Below are positions 38,803 to 46,979 of a stretch of DNA of 64,000 bases, piece by piece. The position numbers were made by a program, and so were the translations under genes. Location: IMG/VR virus record IMGVR_UViG_3300030329_005244; one strand, 5' to 3'. Source of the DNA: a virus. Positions within the stretch are counted from its first letter, which is position 1; each line of letters begins with the position of its first letter. Below the pieces are notes generated by a model. It saw only the letters and a program-made list of their open reading frames with translations. It searched no databases and was not told the DNA's origin.

Positions 38803-39816
38803 TTATGTTGTCTTCACGTTTTCACTACAAATATAGTGCGTACCAAATGGTTGTAAATAATTCACCTTAAAAGTCACCGTCTTTAAATTGGTACTCCAGA
38901 GAGGCATCATTGTTTTATATGCCATTTGTATATTGGCATTTGCCACCAGGGAAGACCAGGCCGATGCCACTCCCATAGTATAAGGCGTAGAAGCCATGTA
39001 CAAACCTGAAGATATATAGCTATTTATTCGCAATTGCCGGCTATTGAACTGCCTCACATCATCAATGAGGCTACCCACAATGCTCACCAACTCTTCGAGC
39101 GCAAGACGAGTATTCTCTCCCTTGGCTACAGGCTGAAGAGTGTTTTCTTTGGATGATTTTCGCAAATTGGCAAGAAAGCCTTCCTCGCTGTTGTCTCGGT
39201 TTCCCGCAATCAACTCAATCGTTGGTGCGGGCTGGCTCACCTTGCCTCCCAAAGAATTGGGTTCGCCTCCCATACCTACACCCTTCACGCCTTGCATCTT
39301 TCCAGTTACAATTTTAACACTTTCCCGTCCAATGATTCTTACTGCGTCAGCTTTTACCGCAATTCCAGAACGCCCTTTTGAAAACGGACGATCGCCTTTT
39401 GCTAACCCAAAGTTTTTATCAATATCTGTCAATTGCGAAATGTAAATACGCGCAGCATCACCACTCATGCTGTTTTCTACCGTCGTGTTTGCCTTGGGCC
39501 CCTTTCCTTTGCGAGCGGACGACATGCGCCCCACAACCAAATCAATAGTTGAAGCCTTGGTAGAACCTGCTGCGCCATAACCAGATGCCTCAGTAGTGGG
39601 CCTGTCTGTGCCCAACACAATCCATGAATTTCCATTAGCATACACCAACTCGTTAGGTGCCGCATTATATTTTGTCACCACACAAGGAGGACCTGGGGTG
39701 TGAAAAATACCCGTATTATCAGGAAGCTTGTTAAGCCGATCCGCTTCCGCCTTCAGTGCTTCTAAATCTGCCTGTCCTTCTTCACCAGCGCAATTGGTTA
39801 AGGTTTGTTTTCCCAT
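38803..39816 (-). CDS. Probable baseplate hub/spike (gp5-like) protein
   Basis: NSWIVLG...IDLVVGR...RSGIAVKADAVRIIGRESVKIVTG repeated short beta-strand pattern, then QPVAKGE and a helical C-terminus; baseplate context. Confidence 0.5.
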   Translation of the reverse strand: MGKQTLTNCAGEEGQADLEALKAEADRLNKLPDNTGIFHTPGPPCVVTKYNAAPNELVYANGNSWIVLGTDRPTTEASGYGAAGSTKASTIDLVVGRMSSARKGKGPKANTTVENSMSGDAARIYISQLTDIDKNFGLAKGDRPFSKGRSGIAVKADAVRIIGRESVKIVTGKMQGVKGVGMGGEPNSLGGKVSQPAPTIELIAGNRDNSEEGFLANLRKSSKENTLQPVAKGENTRLALEELVSIVGSLIDDVRQFNSRQLRINSYISSGLYMASTPYTMGVASAWSSLVANANIQMAYKTMMPLWSTNLKTVTFKVNYLQPFGTHYICSENVKTT

Positions 39817-39829
39817 GGTGTTCTCCCGA

Positions 39830-40993
39830 TTACTTCGTTACCTTAAACGAGCCTTTTTTCAAAACCACTAAATAGCTTCCGGGGCTCGTCACTAAGCGAT
39901 TATTATCAACGGAAACGCTGCGACTAATTGTCATCGTCTGTCCCACATTTCCGCCTGCTAAATATGCTTTAGATTTATCTATTTTCCATACTATGTCGCC
40001 GTGAGTGCCCCCTTCACGCCCTTGCACCAATACATCACCCACCGATAAGCGAATTTTGCTACTACCCAGATCATAAGCTTTCCAGCCGCTTTGTTTGCCA
40101 GCCGCCACAGCCTGTGAATAAGCCAGATGGGAATATCCAGTTTCTTTTGTGGCAAATGATTGACCTCTTAAAAGATAGCTGATAAATACTGCACTCCAAT
40201 GATGTTCGCTAGGCTTTGTCCACCATTCCACGTATGCATCAGAACCCAATCCAATATTAGTCCAATATGTCTGAAGTCGTGAAGAAGCGCCAGTTGCCTC
40301 TTCTGCCGGATATGGAAGATCCTTCCAAAATGCCCACTCTATGTTCACTCGTCCCGATACAACCGAGACGCCGCTCCCATCAATGATTTCTTCGCCCGTA
40401 TCTGGGAGATTCTCCGCCAGCTCTCTTAGTTCTTGCGTTTGGGACATTAAAGACATATCCCCATCCACAAAAGCGTTCTGCCCCATTCTAACGCAGGTTT
40501 CTTTATTTTGAGAAGCACCAAACCCATCACTTATTTTTTTAATATAGGTGCCCATGCTGGTGTCATATCCATGTTCAGTGGAGCGCAACCCCACTTCTAC
40601 AAAGTCTCCATAAGAAAGTTGCACTCCGCTTTGATTATTGGTGCCCAACTCTGCCTCGACAAGAAATCGCGTATGCCACATTGTCACTTCAAAATTGTCT
40701 TGATCGTTAGCCGCATAAGCAGGATCACAATTATCAGGCAACAAAAGATGACCCGTATTTCCATCCAACAGGCGTCCCCAAAAATAATAAGCTACAACAG
40801 CACGAGCCTTTCCAGGGGGTGCCGTGGCGTAGATTTGTTCATAAGTTACTGGCACCAACTCGCTTATAATCACAGCCTTAAAAGTTCCCAACTCTTCAGG
40901 GGGCGTCTGAGTCAAGCTCTGAGCCATCGCCTCCTTCAATGCATCTAAACCGGCACCGGGCGTGGTAGCTAACACTTCCGCGTTAAGAGGCAT
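39830..40993 (-). CDS. Tail-associated cell-wall hydrolase: N-terminal gp5-OB-like region plus C-terminal DUF2272 (CHAP/NlpC-P60-related) domain
   Basis: YW...HHWSAVFISYLL...SHLAY...VGDVLVQGR...THGDIV...AGGNVGQT matches the DUF2272/CHAP layout. Confidence 0.6.
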   Translation of the reverse strand: MPLNAEVLATTPGAGLDALKEAMAQSLTQTPPEELGTFKAVIISELVPVTYEQIYATAPPGKARAVVAYYFWGRLLDGNTGHLLLPDNCDPAYAANDQDNFEVTMWHTRFLVEAELGTNNQSGVQLSYGDFVEVGLRSTEHGYDTSMGTYIKKISDGFGASQNKETCVRMGQNAFVDGDMSLMSQTQELRELAENLPDTGEEIIDGSGVSVVSGRVNIEWAFWKDLPYPAEEATGASSRLQTYWTNIGLGSDAYVEWWTKPSEHHWSAVFISYLLRGQSFATKETGYSHLAYSQAVAAGKQSGWKAYDLGSSKIRLSVGDVLVQGREGGTHGDIVWKIDKSKAYLAGGNVGQTMTISRSVSVDNNRLVTSPGSYLVVLKKGSFKVTK

Positions 40994-41281
40994 TTAGTTG
41001 TCCTCCTGAATCATATCGAACAACTTACCCTTATCCTCTTCAGTAAAAGCATAATCGGTAGAACGATTCTTATTTTGAATTCCAATAATCTTTACCAATT
41101 GCTCATTAGAGCGCTGAAGTGTTTCGATGTGCTTCGCTGCGACGGGGCTTAAATACTTGTTCTGCGTGGGATCATTAACAATTTGATTGGCGATTTCATT
41201 GAGAAATTCACGCGCAAGCTTCCTATCTCCTCGAATATTACTCAAGGCTTCTTCTATCAACACATCTAATGTTTTGCTCAT
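40994..41281 (-). CDS. Hypothetical helical protein
   Basis: ORF 40994..41299; ATG 41281 preferred (ATGA overlap with the sigma-factor stop, SD GGAG). Confidence 0.6.
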   Translation of the reverse strand: MSKTLDVLIEEALSNIRGDRKLAREFLNEIANQIVNDPTQNKYLSPVAAKHIETLQRSNEQLVKIIGIQNKNRSTDYAFTEEDKGKLFDMIQEDN

Positions 41282-41973
41282 ATAGCTCCGCTTTCCCAAT
41301 CCTGCTTAAAAGAATAATATCGCTTACGAAACTTCTTTAAAGAATTCACAATCTGTTTGGTATTCAACCCAGTAAGCTCACGCAGGTACAAATAAATAGC
41401 TTTTTTGTTAAAAATTTCGATATCTTCCTTCGACTCAAAGAGAACTTTAATGGCTTTATAGACTTTTAAGTCATTATCTTTCATTTGTGCAACATCCCAC
41501 GATTTGAGTTCTGTATAAAAAGAACGCCAAAACTCTTGTTCCTCGCGGATCGTTACATATGACTCTTCTGTCGAAAGGTACTCTTCTTCATACGCTTTCG
41601 AGATATTGTTATAGTCTACCTCTCGCAGGTTACGTTTCTGTTGACGCTTTACCTTGTGGATAAACCAATTCTTTGTAATGACTGAGAAATATGAGAAAGC
41701 TTTGGATCCCCTGTTGGGATCATACTTGTTCAATATTGTCATCAACCATATCTTGCATTCGTCCCGCAAGCTATCAATGTTGGGTAAATTCGTAAACTTA
41801 TAAGTGAACACGATTTTATCCACCATCTCATTAAAAGCTGGTTGAATGTAATTTATATACAATTCGGTGCGCTCTTGGCGACAACTGGATTGTGCATATT
41901 GAAGGATAGCCTTTTCATGGACTATCGTAAAATAATGATTACTCTTCTTTTTTGTCTTCTTCTTTCTCATCAA
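41278..41973 (-). CDS. Phage RNA polymerase sigma factor (T4 gp55-like late sigma)
   Basis: NHYF...LRDECKIWLMTILNKYDPNRGSKAFSYFSVITKNWFIHKV (region 2-like, compare gp55 FDP...AFAYFT); C-terminal HTH-like YLRELTGLNTKQIVNSL. Confidence 0.7.
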   Translation of the reverse strand: MMRKKKTKKKSNHYFTIVHEKAILQYAQSSCRQERTELYINYIQPAFNEMVDKIVFTYKFTNLPNIDSLRDECKIWLMTILNKYDPNRGSKAFSYFSVITKNWFIHKVKRQQKRNLREVDYNNISKAYEEEYLSTEESYVTIREEQEFWRSFYTELKSWDVAQMKDNDLKVYKAIKVLFESKEDIEIFNKKAIYLYLRELTGLNTKQIVNSLKKFRKRYYSFKQDWESGAI

Positions 41974-42277
41974 TTGTGTTTTCAGAAACCTCTTGTTCGG
42001 TTAGAGAATAGATATATTCAAACGTATCGATCTGCTCTCTAAAAGACACAGCATGTTCCATCAAACCTTTCAATGTTTCATCTCCATAAAACATCTCCAA
42101 ATCGTAAACATCGCTTACATGATTAGCAAAAGAAGTAATCATCTGCTGTAAATCACCTAACTCTTCCGAAAAAGCGAGTAGCCGCACAATAGCCATGCGG
42201 GCATACATAAACAAAAATACATTAAACACCACCGAGAAAAATAATATTCCCGATAGCGCCATTTCAAGTCGGCTCAT
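41939..42277 (-). CDS. Hypothetical protein with an N-terminal TM helix
   Basis: ALSGILFFSVVFNVFLFMYA followed by an acidic coiled region. Confidence 0.6.
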   Translation of the reverse strand: MSRLEMALSGILFFSVVFNVFLFMYARMAIVRLLAFSEELGDLQQMITSFANHVSDVYDLEMFYGDETLKGLMEHAVSFREQIDTFEYIYSLTEQEVSENTIDEKEEDKKEE

Positions 42278-42530
42278 GTGTGCTGCTCCTTGCTTCTTCT
42301 TGCATGTCTTTTAAAATTTCTCTATTCTCTTCGATATGTTGTTTTGTAATCGTACCAGTCTTTTCTTCTTTTTCTTTATTTTTTTTATTGACGGAAAACG
42401 CCTCGTTATACAAACGCTCCATGCAGTTGGTTGCGCGGCAACACTCACATCCGCCGGGATATTCTCCATAGGCATGATAGAGGGTGGGCGCATCACCACA
42501 AACACTGCACTCGTAGCGGTAACGAGGCAC
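42264..42530 (-). CDS. FmdB-family zinc-ribbon protein
   Basis: MPRYRYECSVCG...H...CECC pattern (MPxYxYxCxxCG). Confidence 0.8.
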   Translation of the reverse strand: MPRYRYECSVCGDAPTLYHAYGEYPGGCECCRATNCMERLYNEAFSVNKKNKEKEEKTGTITKQHIEENREILKDMQEEARSSTHEPT

Positions 42531-42532
42531 GA

Positions 42533-42748
42533 TTACTTAACCATATTTTCGAGATCTTCTTTCGTGATTGCACTATCATCACTCACACGAACAGTCGGCG
42601 GATTGGTAACCACCAAGCCGTCTGTAGTGTTTTCCAACTTGAAACCCTTTAAAATGGGGACAATATCAAGTTGATTCATCAAGGATTCTTGAAGCGCCAT
42701 CATCACAGCACCCATCGCTTGATTAGAAAGTTTTAATTCAGTTTCCAT
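42533..42748 (-). CDS. Small hypothetical protein
   Basis: 71 aa with strong SD AAGGAG; fills the gap between co-oriented genes. Confidence 0.65.
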   Translation of the reverse strand: METELKLSNQAMGAVMMALQESLMNQLDIVPILKGFKLENTTDGLVVTNPPTVRVSDDSAITKEDLENMVK

Positions 42749-42760
42749 AAACTTCTCCTT

Positions 42761-43711
42761 TTACCATGTAAAATTTTTCTTGTAGTGGTCTACAATTCTC
42801 TGAATCTCATCATCAAACACACGCTTAGGCTCCCACCCAAGCGCTCGTAATTTGTCGTCATTCAACGCATAACGGACATCTTGCCCTTCCCTAACATGCG
42901 TTAAATCTAAATATTCTGACCAATCCCGTTTCTCCCCAAAATAACACTCGCACACCTTCTTGACGGTGTCGATGTTGGGCTGCTCAAAGCCGCCAGCCAC
43001 ATTGAAGATTTCGTTGGTTACCCCCGACTCAATTATAGCGATTACAGCGCGTGCAGTGTCGTCTGAGTGCAGCCAATTTCTTATTGGGTGTCCTTGGTTG
43101 TGTAAACGAATTTTCTTCTCTCTCGTCAACAATTTGACTGAGATTGGAATCAGTTTTTCGGGGTATTGTCCGATGCCATAATTATTGGTGGGGCGAAGGA
43201 GAATGTATTTCAATCCATAAGTGCGGGACCAAGCCTGAACCAGCATATCTGCTGCCGCCTTGGAAGCGGAATAGGGGTTACTTGGTTTTAGAATGTCTGT
43301 CTCAACATGGGCGCCCTCCTCAATATCTCCATAAACCTCATCAGTGCTGAAGTGGAAGAAAATGGGGCGATCGCACGTATTCGCTTGCTTGTTGCGAATA
43401 AGATCCAAGAGGTTCTTTACTCCCACAATATTAGAGTTAATAAAGTCTTCACTATCTACGATGCTGTTGCCTACGTGTGACTCGGCAGCTACATTAATGA
43501 CATAATCACAATCAGGCAAATGTTTAAGCTTGGCGATGTCTTCTTCAAAAAAAGAGAAATTACTATGCGTGCTGAACTTGCGAATCGTATCTGGATTGGA
43601 CGCGTAAGTAAACTTGTCAATACCCAGCACCTTATAGCCCGCCTGTAGGCAGCGGCGCGTAACGTGAGTGCCAATTAAGCCCGCGCACCCCGTAATGATT
43701 ACCAATTTCAT
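42761..43711 (-). CDS. rfbB: dTDP/NDP-glucose 4,6-dehydratase (RmlB/RfbB)
   Basis: ITGCAGLIG, DKFTYA, AAESHV, STDEVYG, PYSASKA, NNYGIGQYPEKLIP, R.GQD.RY. Confidence 0.92.
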   Translation of the reverse strand: MKLVIITGCAGLIGTHVTRRCLQAGYKVLGIDKFTYASNPDTIRKFSTHSNFSFFEEDIAKLKHLPDCDYVINVAAESHVGNSIVDSEDFINSNIVGVKNLLDLIRNKQANTCDRPIFFHFSTDEVYGDIEEGAHVETDILKPSNPYSASKAAADMLVQAWSRTYGLKYILLRPTNNYGIGQYPEKLIPISVKLLTREKKIRLHNQGHPIRNWLHSDDTARAVIAIIESGVTNEIFNVAGGFEQPNIDTVKKVCECYFGEKRDWSEYLDLTHVREGQDVRYALNDDKLRALGWEPKRVFDDEIQRIVDHYKKNFTW

Positions 43712-44100
43712 TTAATTCCTCTTAAGATATTGGTGGTAGAGTAGTCGCCGATGCGATCAAAAAACTTTAACTCCTTGGTATGCGCCTGTCCCACTACTTT
43801 TTTACCCCGCCAGTCAGAGCCGATTACCATAATATCAGGAAGAATAGCGCTTATAAGTGTATTCAACTCTTCTGCACTATTAAAAATAACCACTTTATCG
43901 ACAGCCTGCAAGCATTCTAAGGCAAATTTTCTATCTTTTTCGTTGTTGTAGGGGCGGCAAGAGCCCTTGTCTTGGCGAACTTTGGCATCCGAATCAATCC
44001 CTACAACCAAATAATCACCTACAGACTTGGCATATTCAAGCAATTCAAAATGTCCTCGATGTAAAACATCAAAGCACCCATTTACCCACACAACTACCAT
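43708..44100 (-). CDS. RfaE/HldE domain II-like nucleotidyltransferase (heptose-1-P adenylyltransferase / TagD family)
   Basis: NGCFDVLHRGH, LVVGIDSD...KG..RP, IGSDW, YSTT; ATG 44100 preferred over 44157. Confidence 0.85.
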   Translation of the reverse strand: MVVVWVNGCFDVLHRGHFELLEYAKSVGDYLVVGIDSDAKVRQDKGSCRPYNNEKDRKFALECLQAVDKVVIFNSAEELNTLISAILPDIMVIGSDWRGKKVVGQAHTKELKFFDRIGDYSTTNILRGIK

Positions 44101-44384
44101 GGAATCTTTCCTGTTAAAATGTCTTTTAGCATCACCCAATCGCAAGCCTTTGCCCAAATGGGGCTCGTAAAGGCGGCAGGCTTATTCTTTTCAAAGAAAT
44201 AGTGTCCACTCCACGCAAAAGGATAGACAATAAAAGGGGCAACCAACAATAACGTCCAAACTTGGATAAAACATACAACACTTATGAACAAAAGTGTAGC
44301 TATTTGTCCAAAAACATGCAGGCGCCGACACCAGTTATTCTGGTGGAGCGTCAAATAATAGTGATAATAGGCTCTAAAAGTCAT
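44094..44384 (-). CDS. DUF962 / Mpo1-like membrane protein
   Basis: YLTLHQNNWCRRLHVFG...YPFAWSGHYFFEKNKPAAF. Confidence 0.85.
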   Translation of the reverse strand: MTFRAYYHYYLTLHQNNWCRRLHVFGQIATLLFISVVCFIQVWTLLLVAPFIVYPFAWSGHYFFEKNKPAAFTSPIWAKACDWVMLKDILTGKIPW

Positions 44385-45181
44385 GAATGAAAAATCTCAT
44401 AATCTGGTTTTTTCTCGTATTCTTCAACAAGAGGCGCATAAGTTTGAACGAGTTTGGGAGCTTCGGGATTATTTTTCCAATGAGTGTTTCGCTTGCGCCA
44501 GGGAGGTAGGGTAAATGTGTACTCCACCCTTCCAGCCGAAATAAAGTTTTCTATTTCGTCTTTATAATCAAACAATTTCTCATATTTTATACACATAATA
44601 TCAGCCGATTGGGGGCGCCACCATTTGCGTAAATGTTTTCCCAACTGCAACACATCTTTATCCATAAACATATTTAGGAAACTTTCCTCCACATCACACT
44701 CTAAATAATCCACATAATGAGGAGTTCCCTCCGACCACGCTTCACGATCTGCGGAGATCTTTACATAAAAAGAATTTACAATAGATAGGGGATGGGCAAA
44801 AAGATAAATTATCTTATCCAGGGGCTTAAGTTCCCACATTCTGCCCCCTTTCACACAATATTTAAGACAATTTCTACCCCTCCACTTAGTGGGATAACTA
44901 TGAGATTTAATAATGGGGAACTTCTTGTTTTGTGTAGTCTCTAGTGCCTTATACAAACAGGAAGAACCGGATGCACCAGGACTCACCACATATACCAACG
45001 GAAAGTATTTAGATGTAGAAGGAATCCCGTAACCAACACCTGGGGGGCGGCCCAATGGCTCTATATAGGTATAGTTGGGATTTTGAATAATCTGATATTT
45101 GGCTTTAAGATATCCCAACTCAGAATGGCACTCCACTCCCGGTCCCATATGTACATCTTCGTTTCTATCATATAAACTCAT
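44381..45181 (-). CDS. Sulfotransferase-fold protein (divergent)
   Basis: VVSPGASGSSCL (5'-PSB-like loop), IIKSH, KIIYLFAHPLSIVNS, IKYEKL; ATG 45181 (ATGA overlap) preferred. Confidence 0.5.
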   Translation of the reverse strand: MSLYDRNEDVHMGPGVECHSELGYLKAKYQIIQNPNYTYIEPLGRPPGVGYGIPSTSKYFPLVYVVSPGASGSSCLYKALETTQNKKFPIIKSHSYPTKWRGRNCLKYCVKGGRMWELKPLDKIIYLFAHPLSIVNSFYVKISADREAWSEGTPHYVDYLECDVEESFLNMFMDKDVLQLGKHLRKWWRPQSADIMCIKYEKLFDYKDEIENFISAGRVEYTFTLPPWRKRNTHWKNNPEAPKLVQTYAPLVEEYEKKPDYEIFHS

Positions 45182-45921
45182 CGAACGAGACTCACTCCGC
45201 GTTGCTGAACCACCAAAGATGCACATTCATTGGCAAACTCAATTGCATCATTGATAATATGTTTGTTGTGCAAGTATCTAAAGACCAATGCAGATAAAAA
45301 AGAGTCACCAGCGCCTGTGGTATCTTTAATTTCCACTGCGCTCACAGGAAAGTTAAGACCCCCATGAGTGCAACCACGCGAACCTTGAGTAATAATCAGC
45401 TTATTTTGCAATTGCGGATAGTTAAACAAAGTGTGTTCAGTTGTCGCATATTCTTTATGATTAATCTTGATAAACCTCACTGGCTCAGCCCAGGCGCCCA
45501 AAAGCTTTTTGGTGTCCAAAAAAGTGAGGGGATGGCGTAGACTAATTTGAGTAATGTCCCTCTCTCGCAAAAAGCCCTTGTTGTAGTCTGAAATAACCAC
45601 TGCATCATACTGGCCAAAATCGATTGAGTCGAGATTAGAGATTCTTTCAATCTTTTCTTCTCCCGAGTCTACCCTCACAAACATATGATTAGTGAGATCA
45701 TCCACATAGCGAGTCTTGGTAATTTCAGTGTTGTTGGTGATTAAATCCACCTCTACCGCCTTAAAACTACGCAAATTCTCATAAACATTGCCGGCCATTC
45801 CACGATTCTCTTTGGTGTAGGTGGGAACAAAGACGGGGACCGGAGCATCAGGACACATACGACTGCATTTTCCATAGACAAAGACATCTTTGCAAGTATC
45901 GCCAATTACAAGAATTTTCAT
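45178..45921 (-). CDS. RfaE/HldE domain I-like PfkB sugar kinase (heptose-7-P kinase family)
   Basis: KILVIGD...D..VYG...RMCPDAPVPV, GMAGNV, TKTR, RVD, VVISDYNKG, DTTGAGDSF. Confidence 0.88.
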   Translation of the reverse strand: MKILVIGDTCKDVFVYGKCSRMCPDAPVPVFVPTYTKENRGMAGNVYENLRSFKAVEVDLITNNTEITKTRYVDDLTNHMFVRVDSGEEKIERISNLDSIDFGQYDAVVISDYNKGFLRERDITQISLRHPLTFLDTKKLLGAWAEPVRFIKINHKEYATTEHTLFNYPQLQNKLIITQGSRGCTHGGLNFPVSAVEIKDTTGAGDSFLSALVFRYLHNKHIINDAIEFANECASLVVQQRGVSLVR

Positions 45922-46322
45922 TTCCAACTAATCTCCCAATCCTCAAATTCAGCAGCCAAACAATCAATCTTATAATCTTTACGACCGCCCACAATTTCTT
46001 GGATTTTGTTCTTTGCGGTGTTGCGAATTCCATTGATTCCGTGAGTCAATGCAAGGTTGCCATCACCATCACCAGCACGCACCTTAGACTCGTTATGCCA
46101 GATGTGCAAATTCATCTGTGAGAGTACCACAATAGCGCGGATTGTATCAGCCGTGATGGGCTCTCCTTGCTGTTCTAAAATTAATTGAATGTCGTGACAT
46201 ATGTCAGAAATTTCTTGTGCATATTCGGCTTTGTGCTCCGCAATAAACACTTCTTTCAACTGTGAGATAGACAGTCGATCAATCAACTCTGCGAGAGTTG
46301 GGAGGTATTTTCTTTCGCTCAT
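45918..46322 (-). CDS. Hypothetical helical protein of a type found in glycan loci (DUF6165-like)
   Basis: LAELIDRLSI...N.HIWH.E...N..RN..K..I pattern. Confidence 0.5.
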   Translation of the reverse strand: MSERKYLPTLAELIDRLSISQLKEVFIAEHKAEYAQEISDICHDIQLILEQQGEPITADTIRAIVVLSQMNLHIWHNESKVRAGDGDGNLALTHGINGIRNTAKNKIQEIVGGRKDYKIDCLAAEFEDWEISWK

Positions 46323-46681
46323 TAGTCGCCCTTTAAAATTCTATAAGAATCGCTATCAAAATGTTGAGTAGAGAACTCAAACAATTCCGTATCTTCTAGC
46401 GCATACATACGATGTCGCAACCCACGATAGACGTGAAAATTCATTCCTGGTTCTAAAATGATTTGCTCAGCATTATCAATATCATCCTCGTCTGAAAAAA
46501 GAACTAGCATTTTTCCAGATTGGACATAAAACACTTCGTCCTTAAGTTTGTGGTAATGCCAGGAACATTGCTTGTTTTGATTGAAATATAAAAGTTTTCC
46601 ACAATACTCTTCGCAGTTTACAATCCACCGCTCAAAGCCCCAACCTTTCTCAACGATCTTCATCGGCAAAGAAGTCTTCAT
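46322..46681 (-). CDS. Cupin protein (mannose-6-P isomerase-like sugar isomerase)
   Basis: VEKGWGFE.W...YCGKLL...SWHYHKLKDEVFYV...HRM...EFST; start 46681 (SD GGAG) or 46663. Confidence 0.8.
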   Translation of the reverse strand: MKTSLPMKIVEKGWGFERWIVNCEEYCGKLLYFNQNKQCSWHYHKLKDEVFYVQSGKMLVLFSDEDDIDNAEQIILEPGMNFHVYRGLRHRMYALEDTELFEFSTQHFDSDSYRILKGD

Positions 46682-46979
46682 CTCGTCTCCCTTTATCATC
46701 AATATACAGGTCACCGCTTGGTTTGCCCAGGAATAAGCCGTGGTGCTTAACTCCCCAATGGGTTAATTGCCTCTTCGTAAAGGCATAAAAGGCTTGGTGG
46801 GCATAAGCCGTAGAATTGTCGCTACGTCCCATACCTCGTGCAGTTTGAAAATAGATAGTGTGTCCCTCATCAAAGAGTTTGTTAATCTTATCTATTCGTC
46901 GCTGGAGGGGTTGTGCCTCGTCATACTTCCCGTAGGTATTATTACAGATTGTTCCGTCAATGTCAAATACATAAGTCAT
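46650..46979 (-). CDS. Small HAD-family phosphatase (capsule-biosynthesis phosphatase type)
   Basis: FDIDGTIC, TARG, GKP...YIDDK; ATG 46979 by TAATG coupling. Confidence 0.85.
   Translation of the reverse strand: MTYVFDIDGTICNNTYGKYDEAQPLQRRIDKINKLFDEGHTIYFQTARGMGRSDNSTAYAHQAFYAFTKRQLTHWGVKHHGLFLGKPSGDLYIDDKGRRDEDFFADEDR

Larger units (their letters stand above)
5515..40993 (-). other. Contractile-tail baseplate/tail structural module
   Basis: gp25-like, gp6/J-like, gp5-like, hydrolase, LamG wedge and collar-like genes in one co-oriented block. Confidence 0.85.

Noticed and set aside
5515-40993. Interpretation as a bacterial contractile injection system (eCIS/T6SS/tailocin) beside a chromosomal O-antigen locus
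   Set aside because: Flanked by phage-type primase, RuvC, Mre11-Rad50 and a gp55-like sigma, with no run of cellular housekeeping or polysaccharide export genes; single-strand dense phage architecture.
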